A stretch of 64,000 nucleotides of DNA from the IMG/VR virus record IMGVR_UViG_3300036466_000585, positions 1 to 64,000 of that record; one strand, given 5' to 3'. A program made the translations under genes and the position numbers. Shown one piece after another: positions 26,432 through 35,296 of this stretch; position 1 is the stretch's first letter; the number at the start of each line of letters is the position of its first letter. Under the pieces are notes generated by a model, which worked only from the letters and a program-made list of their open reading frames with translations, had not been told where the DNA came from and did not search any database. Source of the DNA: a virus.

Positions 26432-27432
26432 TGGCGAAGTTGACGGAGCAGCAGTGGCAGAAGGCGAGAGAAACCTGGGAGGCGGATTCCCGCGACGGGT
26501 ATGCCTGGCTGATTCGGGAACTGGGGCTCGACGTGTCGGGCCCTGCCGTGCGCAAGCGCGCCCTCAAGGAGGAGTGGAGCAAGGGCGGCGGCAAGGCGAA
26601 ACCGGGCGGGAAACCGAAAACCCAGAAACCCAAGGCGAAAACCGGAAACCGGAAACCACGGCAGAAACCGGAAACCCCCGTCGAGGAGCTGGAGGAGCTG
26701 CCGCCGGAGCTTGCAGACAAGGCGGAACCGCTGGAGGAGGCCGATTCCATCCCGTTCGATGAGGGGGAGGAGGGGCAGGGCGCACCACTTCACGGCTTGA
26801 CCCTAACGCGCGTGACCACGATTTCGCTCGAGGACGACTTCGGCGACAGTCCGCTTCACGACATCTACGAGACCGACGCCCCGGGGCGCACCAAGTACCG
26901 CCGGCAGTACGCCCGGCTGGCCTACAAGCATGCCCTGCTGGGCGCGACGCCCGCCCACGTCGCCAGCCTGCTGGAGGTGACCGAGCAGACCGTCTACGAC
27001 TGGATGAGCGCCCATTCCGAGTTCCGCGCCGCCATGGAGCAGGGGCGCATGGACGCCGACGCCAACGTGGCGCGCTCGCTGTACAAGAAGGCCACCGGCT
27101 ACACGCATCAGGCGGTGAAGGTGTTCCAGTACCAGGGGCAGCCGGTCGTCGTGCCCTATACCGAGATCGTCCCGCCGGATACCGAGGCCGCGAAGTTCTG
27201 GCTCAAGAATCGCCAGCCCGAGATGTGGAAGGACAAGGTGGAGGTCGAGGAGAAGCCCAGCATCGCCCTGGTGGATCGCGAGGCACGCCGGGAGCGCATC
27301 GAGGCCGCGCTGGAGAAGGCCGCGCAGGTCGAGCGCGAGATGCGCGACCGGGCCAACCGCCTGGGGCTGATCATCGACGGCAGCACGGGCGAGGTCGACG
27401 ATGGCGGCATAGGCGGGGTGGGCGATGGCTAG
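26431..27432 (+). CDS. Terminase small subunit
   Basis: Upstream of terL; 'GRTKYR...LGAT...ADANVARSLYKKATGY...PPDTEAAKFWLKNRQPEMWKDK'. Confidence 0.85.
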   Translation: MAKLTEQQWQKARETWEADSRDGYAWLIRELGLDVSGPAVRKRALKEEWSKGGGKAKPGGKPKTQKPKAKTGNRKPRQKPETPVEELEELPPELADKAEPLEEADSIPFDEGEEGQGAPLHGLTLTRVTTISLEDDFGDSPLHDIYETDAPGRTKYRRQYARLAYKHALLGATPAHVASLLEVTEQTVYDWMSAHSEFRAAMEQGRMDADANVARSLYKKATGYTHQAVKVFQYQGQPVVVPYTEIVPPDTEAAKFWLKNRQPEMWKDKVEVEEKPSIALVDREARRERIEAALEKAAQVEREMRDRANRLGLIIDGSTGEVDDGGIGGVGDG

Positions 27433-28948
27433 GAAGCGCACCCTGCTGCACGAGGATCCGCGCTGGGAGGAGTTCAGCGACGACTTCGCCGGCGACCTGG
27501 TGGGCTTCGCCATCGATGTCGTCGAGCTGCCGCCCACGCCTCAGCAGATCACGCTCTACAACAGCGTGGCGCCGTCGCGTTCCATGGTCTCGGTGGCGTC
27601 CGGCCACGGCACGGGCAAGACGACCGCATTGGCCACCATCGTGCTGTGGCACATGCTCTGCTATCCGCAGTCGATCACCCTGCTGACCGCCAACGACATG
27701 GCGCAGCTCAAGGCCACGCTGTGGAAAGAGATTGGCATGGCCGTCGAGCGCATCCGCAAGGGGCCCTACGGCTGGATCGCCGACCATATCGAGATCCTGG
27801 CCAACGGCCAGATGCGCATCATCGGCTTTCCCGACACCTGGTTCGTCGAGTCCAAGACCGCCAACGAGAAGACCGCCAACAAGATGGCGGGGCGTCACGG
27901 CGAGTGGCTGATGATCATCGGTGACGAGGCGTCGACGCTCCCCGACGCGGTACTGACCACGCTGCGCGGCGCCCTGACCGAAGAACACAACCGCATGCTG
28001 CTGACCTCGCAGCCGACCCGCAACTCGGGGTTCTTCTACCGGACGCATCACGACCTGAGCAAGCTCAACGGCGGCGACTGGACGCCGCTGGTGTTCTCCT
28101 CGCTGGAGTCGCCGCTGGTCAGTGACCAGGCCCTCAAGGAGCTGTGGGACAGCTACGACGAGGACGAGCGGCGTGTGCGCCTGCTGGGCCAGTTCCCGCA
28201 GGAATCGGGCAAGCACATGATGAACCTGCCCGTGGCGGAGTCCATGTATCGCCGGGGCCGCATCATCGGCGACGACGAGCCCTATGGCTGGGTGGTGCTG
28301 TCCGATATCGCCAGCGGCGAAGGCTTGCGCGACAAGTCGGCTATCGTCGTGGCTCGGATCATCGGTTATGGCGAACGCGGCCCCGATGCGCGCCGCGTGG
28401 AGATTGTGACCGTGCCGGTGGTGACCAACAACGTGCGCGCCAACGTCTTCGCCGGCGCCGTAGCCGAGCAGGGCGACCCCTATGACGGCGTGACCTATGC
28501 CGTCGACTCCGGCGGGCTGGGCATCAACGTCTGCCAGGACCTGGAGGACATGGGCAAGCCGCTTCATCGCATCAACTGGGGAAACCCGTGCTTCCAGAAC
28601 AAGAACAAGGAGCGCTACCTTAACCTTCGCGCTCAGGCCATGCACCAGGCCGCGCGCGCCGCCAAGGAGGGGAGGCTGTCGATCCTGACCGGCGAGTACC
28701 GCAACGCCATGCTGTCGCAGTCGAGCCGCATCCCCAAGACCTTCACTGACAAGGGGCGCATCCGCGTGCCGCCCAAGCACAGCAAGGAGTGGGAGGGCAT
28801 GGCGTCTCCCGACCTATGGGACGCCGTGTGCTTCGCCTTCATCGAGGGGCTGGTCTACACCGCCAGCCAGGAAGGGCCGGGCGAGGGCCGCACTCTGGGT
28901 GAATCACTGGAGAGTGAGGTCGAAGCGCTCTTTGGTGACGTGGTGTAA
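27425..28948 (+). CDS. Terminase large subunit, P1 PacB-like
   Basis: N-terminal DPRW, Walker A SGHGTGKT, Walker B IIGDEAS, nuclease SDIASGEG and SPDLWDA. Confidence 0.92.
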   Translation: MARKRTLLHEDPRWEEFSDDFAGDLVGFAIDVVELPPTPQQITLYNSVAPSRSMVSVASGHGTGKTTALATIVLWHMLCYPQSITLLTANDMAQLKATLWKEIGMAVERIRKGPYGWIADHIEILANGQMRIIGFPDTWFVESKTANEKTANKMAGRHGEWLMIIGDEASTLPDAVLTTLRGALTEEHNRMLLTSQPTRNSGFFYRTHHDLSKLNGGDWTPLVFSSLESPLVSDQALKELWDSYDEDERRVRLLGQFPQESGKHMMNLPVAESMYRRGRIIGDDEPYGWVVLSDIASGEGLRDKSAIVVARIIGYGERGPDARRVEIVTVPVVTNNVRANVFAGAVAEQGDPYDGVTYAVDSGGLGINVCQDLEDMGKPLHRINWGNPCFQNKNKERYLNLRAQAMHQAARAAKEGRLSILTGEYRNAMLSQSSRIPKTFTDKGRIRVPPKHSKEWEGMASPDLWDAVCFAFIEGLVYTASQEGPGEGRTLGESLESEVEALFGDVV

Positions 28949-28988
28949 ACTGATCGCTCTCATCATCGCAACGCCACGGAGCCATGGA

Positions 28989-29441
28989 ATGACCCGAGTC
29001 CGCCACGCCATCGCCACTACCCTGGGCGCCGCCGCCCTGTTCGCCAGCACGGTCCACGCCGAGCCACTGGTGACCCGCGACCAGGTGCGTGAAATCACGA
29101 CCATGATGTACAACGCCTACCAGTATGGCGGGGCGGCGGAGATGTACCGGGCGGAGAGTCAGTGCTGGGAAGACCTGACGGCTGCCACGGGCGATGCCGA
29201 GGTGATCGCGGCGGCTTGCGGCATTGCCAACGTGGCGGCAGCCACGATCGAGGCCGGGTATGCGCAACAGCAGGGCCGCCTACCGGTGCTTGAGTATCGC
29301 GCCGATGCCGCCATTACCCGCATCGAGGAGCGCATGGCTGAGAATCAATTCAGTCAGGCATCCATTGAGCGCATGAAGTCCGAAACCCTGAACCCGCACT
29401 TGGGCAGCGTGCTGGCCGCACTGTCCCTGGCCGGAATGTGA
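28989..29441 (+). CDS. Exported hypothetical protein (Sec signal peptide)
   Basis: MTRVRHAIATTLGAAALFASTVHA|EP; two Cys in the mature part. Confidence 0.7.
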   Translation: MTRVRHAIATTLGAAALFASTVHAEPLVTRDQVREITTMMYNAYQYGGAAEMYRAESQCWEDLTAATGDAEVIAAACGIANVAAATIEAGYAQQQGRLPVLEYRADAAITRIEERMAENQFSQASIERMKSETLNPHLGSVLAALSLAGM

Positions 29442-29452
29442 GGAGAAGTCCT

Positions 29453-29758
29453 ATGGAAGTGACGATCAAACTCGAGAGCATGCTGTTTCCCTATCGCGAG
29501 GCTATTGTTGAGTCTGCGTCGCGCGTATTGCCTGCCGGAAGCACATTGAGCGCCGAGGCGCTCGACAACGATGACATGGGCGCCGGCCAAGGGGTGAGCA
29601 TCCAAGTCATCGAGCGTGAGGATGAGCTGGATTACAGTCTTCGCGAAAAGCTGCTGGGCGCAATCAAGGAGCGCGCGGAGCTCGAGGTCTTTCGGGAGTG
29701 GTACAGGAGCTTCCCGTTGCGCGGCAGTGCGTCTCCATTTTCCATTTCATCCCAATAG
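29453..29758 (+). CDS. Hypothetical protein
   Basis: GAGGAG RBS. Confidence 0.6.
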   Translation: MEVTIKLESMLFPYREAIVESASRVLPAGSTLSAEALDNDDMGAGQGVSIQVIEREDELDYSLREKLLGAIKERAELEVFREWYRSFPLRGSASPFSISSQ

Positions 29759-29774
29759 ATAGCGGGGGCTAAGC

Positions 29775-30449
29775 ATGCAGTGGTGGAAGTTCGCTTGCCC
29801 TCGATGCGAGGCTGGAGTTCTGGGTTACACCATCCGCGAACCAAAGGAGGGTGATGATCGTGAAGACGTCTGGAACCATAACACTTTCCTGATTCATGGT
29901 GATGGTGCCGCGACAAAGGAATACGATATTGTCGCCTGCGCATCGTGCGGCGCTCAGCGCGTAGAGGTTGGCGAGCTATCCATGCGGCATGTTGAGCGTT
30001 GCGATGCCGAGCAGTCGCGGCAGCTGACAGAAAGAGTGGAAAAGTCCAATAGCGGAGAAGCGCTCGACCCTTTTCCGTCCAGCCATCAATTACATGGCTT
30101 CTGGGAGCTTTCCGAGCGTGAGCGCGAGGGACCAGTTTGGGCGCTAGGGTTCCAATCCCCCAACAGGCAGCCGGCCCGGAATGGATCTATAATCATGATT
30201 AGTAACATGAAAAAAATTGCTAGTAACGTGTACTTGGTGAGGACTCAGGCTGGGTTCAGAAAAGCTGTTCAGGATTGCTTTTCTGATACATTTGAGGACT
30301 TGCCGTGGATGATGAGAAGTAGAATGGACGGGAACCCTGATAGTTATCCAGCCGTCGTGTCTCTAACGCTAGGCTACAAAGGAGATGTGTTCATTCAGTG
30401 CTCCAGCGTTCATGTTGAGGTAATGAAAGAGGCGTTAAGTAATGCTTAA
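29775..30449 (+). CDS. Hypothetical protein (N-terminal CxxC...CxxC; low-GC 3' half)
   Basis: CPRC and CASC; may be a fusion, or have an internal start near 30208. Confidence 0.5.
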   Translation: MQWWKFACPRCEAGVLGYTIREPKEGDDREDVWNHNTFLIHGDGAATKEYDIVACASCGAQRVEVGELSMRHVERCDAEQSRQLTERVEKSNSGEALDPFPSSHQLHGFWELSEREREGPVWALGFQSPNRQPARNGSIIMISNMKKIASNVYLVRTQAGFRKAVQDCFSDTFEDLPWMMRSRMDGNPDSYPAVVSLTLGYKGDVFIQCSSVHVEVMKEALSNA

Positions 30450-30684
30450 TGTAGCGCAGACAATAGCGCAGACAAAGAAGGCGCCGCCGGCGGTTATGTT
30501 CTACCCGGCTTGGGTGACGGGGGCGGATGTCGTCATGTCTACAGCGGGCCATTCCTCGCGCGAGGAGGCATTGACTGCAGCCAAGGCTGATCCTCGTTGC
30601 GGAGAGGGGGTGACTCCCATTGCTATGCCGGGCCCTGGAGGAGGGGTGGTGGTGTTGGATAAAGCGGGTAGGGTAAAGGCATAA
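30442..30684 (+). CDS. Hypothetical protein (80 aa)
   Basis: GAGG RBS; overlaps the upstream stop. Confidence 0.5.
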   Translation: MLNVAQTIAQTKKAPPAVMFYPAWVTGADVVMSTAGHSSREEALTAAKADPRCGEGVTPIAMPGPGGGVVVLDKAGRVKA

Positions 30685-30750
30685 GGATAGCGTTAAGCTA
30701 GTTGACGAAAAAGGCTTTGGAGTCTTCGTCCTTAAAGCACAGGAGTATCC

Positions 30751-31116
30751 ATGGAAAGTCCCAATATATACCGAGACATGCTGAATAAAAGAGATGTGCA
30801 GGGATTAGCGAAGCGCTGCGGACTGAAGTCTTTTTTAATGGAAAGAGGCGACGCGCCCTTTGTTAGAGTTGAGTCGGGTCATGGGTCAGGCCCTCGGGGG
30901 AGCTATTACCATTACGCGCTTCTTTCTACCGACGGAAAGCTTGTAGCGCTAGGTGAGGAACAGGGTAATTATGCGGGCGGTGAGTATGCTTTCGCTCCCG
31001 GCGCTGAACCAAGAGGTTTTGCTTTCCCCCGTAGGATTGACCTTGCGGCGATAGAAGAGCTCCCCTCTGAGCTGTCTGGCTTTCTGAAGAGTATCGGGGC
31101 AACCAAGGGGCTTTAA
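30751..31116 (+). CDS. Hypothetical protein (121 aa, low GC)
   Basis: AGGAG RBS. Confidence 0.6.
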   Translation: MESPNIYRDMLNKRDVQGLAKRCGLKSFLMERGDAPFVRVESGHGSGPRGSYYHYALLSTDGKLVALGEEQGNYAGGEYAFAPGAEPRGFAFPRRIDLAAIEELPSELSGFLKSIGATKGL

Positions 31117-31118
31117 TA

Positions 31119-31162
31119 CCAGGAAAACCCCGCACCAACCCCTGACATCCCTACCGCATCAT
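31119..31162 (+). promoter_or_regulatory. Candidate late promoter 1
   Basis: GGAAAA 31122-31127, 29 nt, CATCAT 31157-31162. Confidence 0.7.
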
Positions 31163-31190
31163 GCCCCTTGTGGAAACAACCGTGAGGGGC

Positions 31191-32021
31191 ATGACCATGC
31201 AGCAACCTCCGCTGATCAAGTACAACCTGAAGGATCGTGGCCGCCAGCATCGCGGCGTGGAGCGTCACTTCGACATTCCGGCCATCGTGGCCAGCATCAA
31301 CGGCCCGGCCACTCAGGAGCGCGTGCAGACGCGCGGCATGCTGGGCTACTTCGGCCACTGGCCGCGCGTGCGCTTCGGCATGGAGCCCGCCGAGGGAGGT
31401 GTGGCCGACGGCAAGGCGCACGCCATCGAGCCCGCCGTGGTCACCACCCACCTGAAGGCCTACGACGACGGCACCATCGAGCACCAGACCGAGTTCCTCG
31501 ATACCGCCACCGGCCAGCTGGCGTCGCGCATGTACGCCAACCGGGTGGGCGGCTTCTCGACCGCCATCGATCCGCGCAAGCCCGAGCTCTACGGCTTCGA
31601 TTGGGTCAACGACCCGAACTACTCGACCAACCGCGGCTATGACCTGGTGCTGGACAGCGTGACCAGCGGCGAGATGACCTTCGACGACGTGCTGTCCGCC
31701 GAGCATGCCGAGCAGGTCGACGCCATGAACCGGCTGTTCGAGATGATGGAGGCCAACCTGCGCCTGGCCATGGATTCGGCGACCCGCTTCGAGCACGAGA
31801 ACAGCGAGCTTCTCGACCTGCTGAGCAAGCGCGAGGAGCAGGCCAGCCAGGCCGCCCTGGTCACCGACAGCGCGGCCGCTGCCGACACCGCTCGCCAGCT
31901 GGACCGCGACCGCCGCTTCTTCATGGACTCCGCGCTGCCGCGCTTTCAGGATCCCGAGACCCGGGAGGAGCACGACCGCGACTACCTGCGCCTGAAGCGT
32001 CGGATGTTCTTCCATGTTTGA
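31191..32021 (+). CDS. Prohead protease, P1 Pro-like
   Basis: GYFGHWPR, HQTEFLDTATG and GGFSTA resemble recalled P1 Pro motifs. Confidence 0.75.
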   Translation: MTMQQPPLIKYNLKDRGRQHRGVERHFDIPAIVASINGPATQERVQTRGMLGYFGHWPRVRFGMEPAEGGVADGKAHAIEPAVVTTHLKAYDDGTIEHQTEFLDTATGQLASRMYANRVGGFSTAIDPRKPELYGFDWVNDPNYSTNRGYDLVLDSVTSGEMTFDDVLSAEHAEQVDAMNRLFEMMEANLRLAMDSATRFEHENSELLDLLSKREEQASQAALVTDSAAAADTARQLDRDRRFFMDSALPRFQDPETREEHDRDYLRLKRRMFFHV

Positions 32022-32739
32022 GCCCGTCAAGGTCGGTCTCGGCGAGTTCCTGCAGGACTTCTACGCCGAAGTGGTGCCCACCACCAAGCCCCTGCAGGAG
32101 TTCGTCGAGCGCGGCTTCCCGTACTGCGCGGCCTGGGCGCCGGCGCGCATGGTCGACAAGGCCGAGGAGATGCTGTCGCAGTGGCAGCGCAACGACACGC
32201 ACCAGGCCGCGACCCGGCCGCCCAGCCTGCCGGTGATCCTGGTCGCCGTGGCCAAGGACTGGACGCCGACCGAGCGCAGCTTCACCACGCAGATCGCCGA
32301 CCCGGTGGACATCACCTTCCCCGACGACCCCAAGCAACGCTACTTCCGGGTGCGCACTGTGGCCGGCGAGGTCCGCGCCCAGCTGGCGTTCTTCGCCAGC
32401 GACGAGCCCACGGCCAAGAGCCTGGCCGCCCAGTTCCTGCTGTACCTGGATTCGCCCAGCCGTCGCCGCTTCCTGGCCCGCTACCCGTTCGCCGGGCTCG
32501 AGCACGAGTACCCGGCTCAGGTGGAGGCCCCGGACAACCCGGCGATGAACGTCGAGACCGGCAACAAGAACCTGTCCGTGCTGGCCGTCGACCTGGTGCT
32601 CAAGGTCACGGTGCCGCTGTTCATGGCGCCCAAGGCCGGCGAGCCCAACGACGGCAAGGGCGTTCCCGGTACCGACGACCCGGCCGGCTATCCGCTGGTG
32701 TCCGAGGTCGATCCCGAGGAGAGAGAGGTCGCCCCATGA
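32014..32739 (+). CDS. Virion morphogenesis protein (possible tail terminator)
   Basis: Position in the late operon only. Confidence 0.45.
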   Translation: MFEPVKVGLGEFLQDFYAEVVPTTKPLQEFVERGFPYCAAWAPARMVDKAEEMLSQWQRNDTHQAATRPPSLPVILVAVAKDWTPTERSFTTQIADPVDITFPDDPKQRYFRVRTVAGEVRAQLAFFASDEPTAKSLAAQFLLYLDSPSRRRFLARYPFAGLEHEYPAQVEAPDNPAMNVETGNKNLSVLAVDLVLKVTVPLFMAPKAGEPNDGKGVPGTDDPAGYPLVSEVDPEEREVAP

Positions 32740-33221
32740 TCCAGCTGCAGGCCAATATCAGCGGCTTCGCCGGCAGGCCCGCCACGGTGCTGGGCGCCCT
32801 CGACGAGGAGACCGGCATCCTGGTGGTGGCCGCCGTGACCGACATCATGCCTCGCCGCGACGGCTGCGTGGTGATCGACACCAACACGCGGGCCGACCGC
32901 GATTCGCTGTTCGAGTACGGCGACCTGAAGGAGGCCATCACCGCCTATTACGACCTCAAGGGCACGGTGGCCGCCGACGGCCGTAGCGCCTGCCTGCGCT
33001 TCATGGAGCGCGCCATGCGCGCCGACCCGGCCGGCGGCATCGAGATGGACGGCGTGGACACGACGGGCCCCATCTACCGCATCTCGCCGGACGCCGGCAA
33101 TGCACAGGTGGGCGCCCTGGCGCTGTGCCGCTACGCCAAGCACTACGGCGCGGTGGCCGACACCCTGGCCATGGCCGATGAGCTCTCCCGGCTGCTGGCC
33201 GGGCAGGCGGTGACCATATGA
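32736..33221 (+). CDS. Hypothetical late protein (161 aa)
   Basis: ATGA coupling on both sides; start trimmed from ORF 32181..33221. Confidence 0.6.
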   Translation: MIQLQANISGFAGRPATVLGALDEETGILVVAAVTDIMPRRDGCVVIDTNTRADRDSLFEYGDLKEAITAYYDLKGTVAADGRSACLRFMERAMRADPAGGIEMDGVDTTGPIYRISPDAGNAQVGALALCRYAKHYGAVADTLAMADELSRLLAGQAVTI

Positions 33222-33556
33222 GCGTCGACCGCAAGAGCCAGGCCGCGCGGGTGTTCTATCGCCTGGTGCGCGACTTCTCGCAGTCGGTGAAGCCCTGGGA
33301 GCAGGCCATCTATCACGACGTGGCCCCGGACGAGCGCTGGGACATCACGCTCACCGCGCGCAAGGTCTACGGCGACGCCGGCGAGTTCCTGGCCATCATG
33401 GCCGCCGCCGGCATGGAGACCGTCGACCAGCCCCTGGAGCAACAGCGCCTGGTGCTGCCCAGCGCCGACCGGCTGCGCGCCTTCAAGCGCCGTGCCGGCT
33501 TCGAGTCGCGTGCCGACTACCGCGACCGCGACGGACCGACGTGGAGGACTGATTGA
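33218..33556 (+). CDS. Baseplate protein, P1 gp26-like (LysM-like)
   Basis: 'ERWDITLTARKVYG...IMAAAG...LVLP' resembles recalled gp26. Confidence 0.6.
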   Translation: MSVDRKSQAARVFYRLVRDFSQSVKPWEQAIYHDVAPDERWDITLTARKVYGDAGEFLAIMAAAGMETVDQPLEQQRLVLPSADRLRAFKRRAGFESRADYRDRDGPTWRTD

Positions 33557-34608
33557 TGGCCGGTGATCCGAGGGCGATATCCAGGCTCAGCGGCAGCGCC
33601 GCCGAGGCGCGCGCGCGCGCGAGCGAGGACAGGCAGCAGCGCCAGGCGGCGCCCAACATCCTCAACCCCAACGAGGTGCGCGGCGACTACGACGCCAGCC
33701 GCATGCTGATGACCACCCTGGGCGGCGAGGTGCGCCCCGTCACCGCCGACGACCTGGCCATGTTCCGCCACAACGCGCGCACGGCCGGCCAGCGCTTCAA
33801 GGGGGGTATCACCGCGCGCCAGGTCATCGACCTGTCGCTGTCCGTCGATCGCGACCGCGCCCGGCGGCAGATCACCATGGCGGTACCGTCGGCGGCCCGT
33901 GGCGTGCGCAGCAGCAACCGCCAGGTGTCCGCCCTGGAAGTGCGCTTCATCACCAATGCCGGCCCGGACAGCGACGTCAGTCGCCACCACGTCACGGTGG
34001 AGTTCACCGGCTACCAGACGGCCATCGCCTCCGGAGCGGAGAGCGTGAAGCGTGCGGCCGCCCGCCTGCGCAAGGAGGGCATTCGCTTCGACTGCGACTG
34101 TGGGCGCCACCGCTACTGGTACCGCTACATCGCCACTATCGGCCGCTACAACGCCGGCCGTCCCGAGACCGGCTACCCCAAGATCCGCAACCCCAAGCTC
34201 AACGGCGTGGCGTGCAAGCACGTGCTGCGCGTCATGTCGGAGATCGAGGGCGGCAGCGCCGTGCAGGCTTTCCTGGCCCGCGCCATCGAGAAGGGGCGGC
34301 AGACCGAGGACGGCAGCGGCCACATTCGTCAGCGGCAGAAGGAGGCCGAGAAGCTGGCCGACAAGCAGGCCAAACGCCCACGGGGCGGGCCTTCCAATAC
34401 CGGTGACCGCGACTTCGACCGCGCCCGGCGTGCCCTGCGTCGGCAGAGCCGGGCCACCACCACCAAGCCCAAGCGCACGGCCAATGGCAGCAAGCGAATG
34501 CAGGCCCTGGGCGCTTCACCGGCCGCCCGTGACAAGCTGATCGCCACCGCCCGCGAGCTGGGCCTGACGCCCGAGCAGGCCATCGCCATTCTTCAGGGAG
34601 GCAAGTAA
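33553..34608 (+). CDS. P1 gp25-like protein with SWIM-type Zn finger
   Basis: 'FDCDCGRHRYWYRYIATIG...YPKIRNPKLNGVACKHVL'. Confidence 0.7.
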   Translation: MMAGDPRAISRLSGSAAEARARASEDRQQRQAAPNILNPNEVRGDYDASRMLMTTLGGEVRPVTADDLAMFRHNARTAGQRFKGGITARQVIDLSLSVDRDRARRQITMAVPSAARGVRSSNRQVSALEVRFITNAGPDSDVSRHHVTVEFTGYQTAIASGAESVKRAAARLRKEGIRFDCDCGRHRYWYRYIATIGRYNAGRPETGYPKIRNPKLNGVACKHVLRVMSEIEGGSAVQAFLARAIEKGRQTEDGSGHIRQRQKEAEKLADKQAKRPRGGPSNTGDRDFDRARRALRRQSRATTTKPKRTANGSKRMQALGASPAARDKLIATARELGLTPEQAIAILQGGK

Positions 34609-35136
34609 ATGCTCAACAACGTGCCGACCGGCATCAACGCCATGGCCCGCAACGTCATCATCAACCACCCCAACGCCTACAACTGCGAGGTCTACCGGCG
34701 CCGCGTTGGTCGCACCAGCGCCGATGAGGTCGGCGGCGCGCCCACGCTTGGCGGCATGGCGGTCATGAGCTCCGAGGACGAGGACGATATCCGCTGGGAG
34801 CTGGTCGGCCTGGGCTTCGCGCTGCCGGCCGAGCAGTTCCAGCCGTCGCCGATGATGGACCGTCGCGACGCCAACAACGGCTATGCCGACGAGCTGCGCT
34901 TCCTGATCGAGCCCGAGGAGATGGTCGGCGACCCCGGCGGCTTCGAGGTGCTGAAGCGCGACGTCATCTACCTGCTGCTGGGGGAGGGCGAGAACGCGCC
35001 CAAGGTGGCCTACGAGATCGTCGAGGTCGAGGCCGTGGTCAACGTGCCGCCCTTCGTGCCGCGCTACGTGGTCAACCGCCGCGACGACCTGGACATCATC
35101 GACCCCTCCGCCCCCGAGGACGACACCATTGCCTGA
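34609..35136 (+). CDS. Head-tail connector candidate (P1 gp7 position)
   Basis: Follows gp26- and gp25-like genes as in P1; GGAGG RBS. Confidence 0.45.
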   Translation: MLNNVPTGINAMARNVIINHPNAYNCEVYRRRVGRTSADEVGGAPTLGGMAVMSSEDEDDIRWELVGLGFALPAEQFQPSPMMDRRDANNGYADELRFLIEPEEMVGDPGGFEVLKRDVIYLLLGEGENAPKVAYEIVEVEAVVNVPPFVPRYVVNRRDDLDIIDPSAPEDDTIA

Positions 35137-35160
35137 CTTCAGCTGCTGCTGTCGATCGTT

Positions 35161-35183
35161 GCCGGCCTAGCGCCGGCTTTTTT
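35161..35183 (+). terminator. Rho-independent terminator
   Basis: GCCGGC-CTAGC-GCCGGC-TTTTTT. Confidence 0.8.
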
Positions 35184-35193
35184 GTGCCGCAAA

Positions 35194-35237
35194 CCCGGAA
35201 AAACGCCCGAAACCGGCCGTCGCGGCACCTTCAGACT
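35194..35237 (+). promoter_or_regulatory. Candidate late promoter 2 (capsid operon)
   Basis: GGAAAA 35197-35202, 29 nt, CAGACT 35232-35237. Confidence 0.7.
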
Positions 35238-35296
35238 CGAACCATCCGGCCACCTGGTCGGCCTTGCACTTCCCTGTGAGCAAAGGAGAGAGGGCT

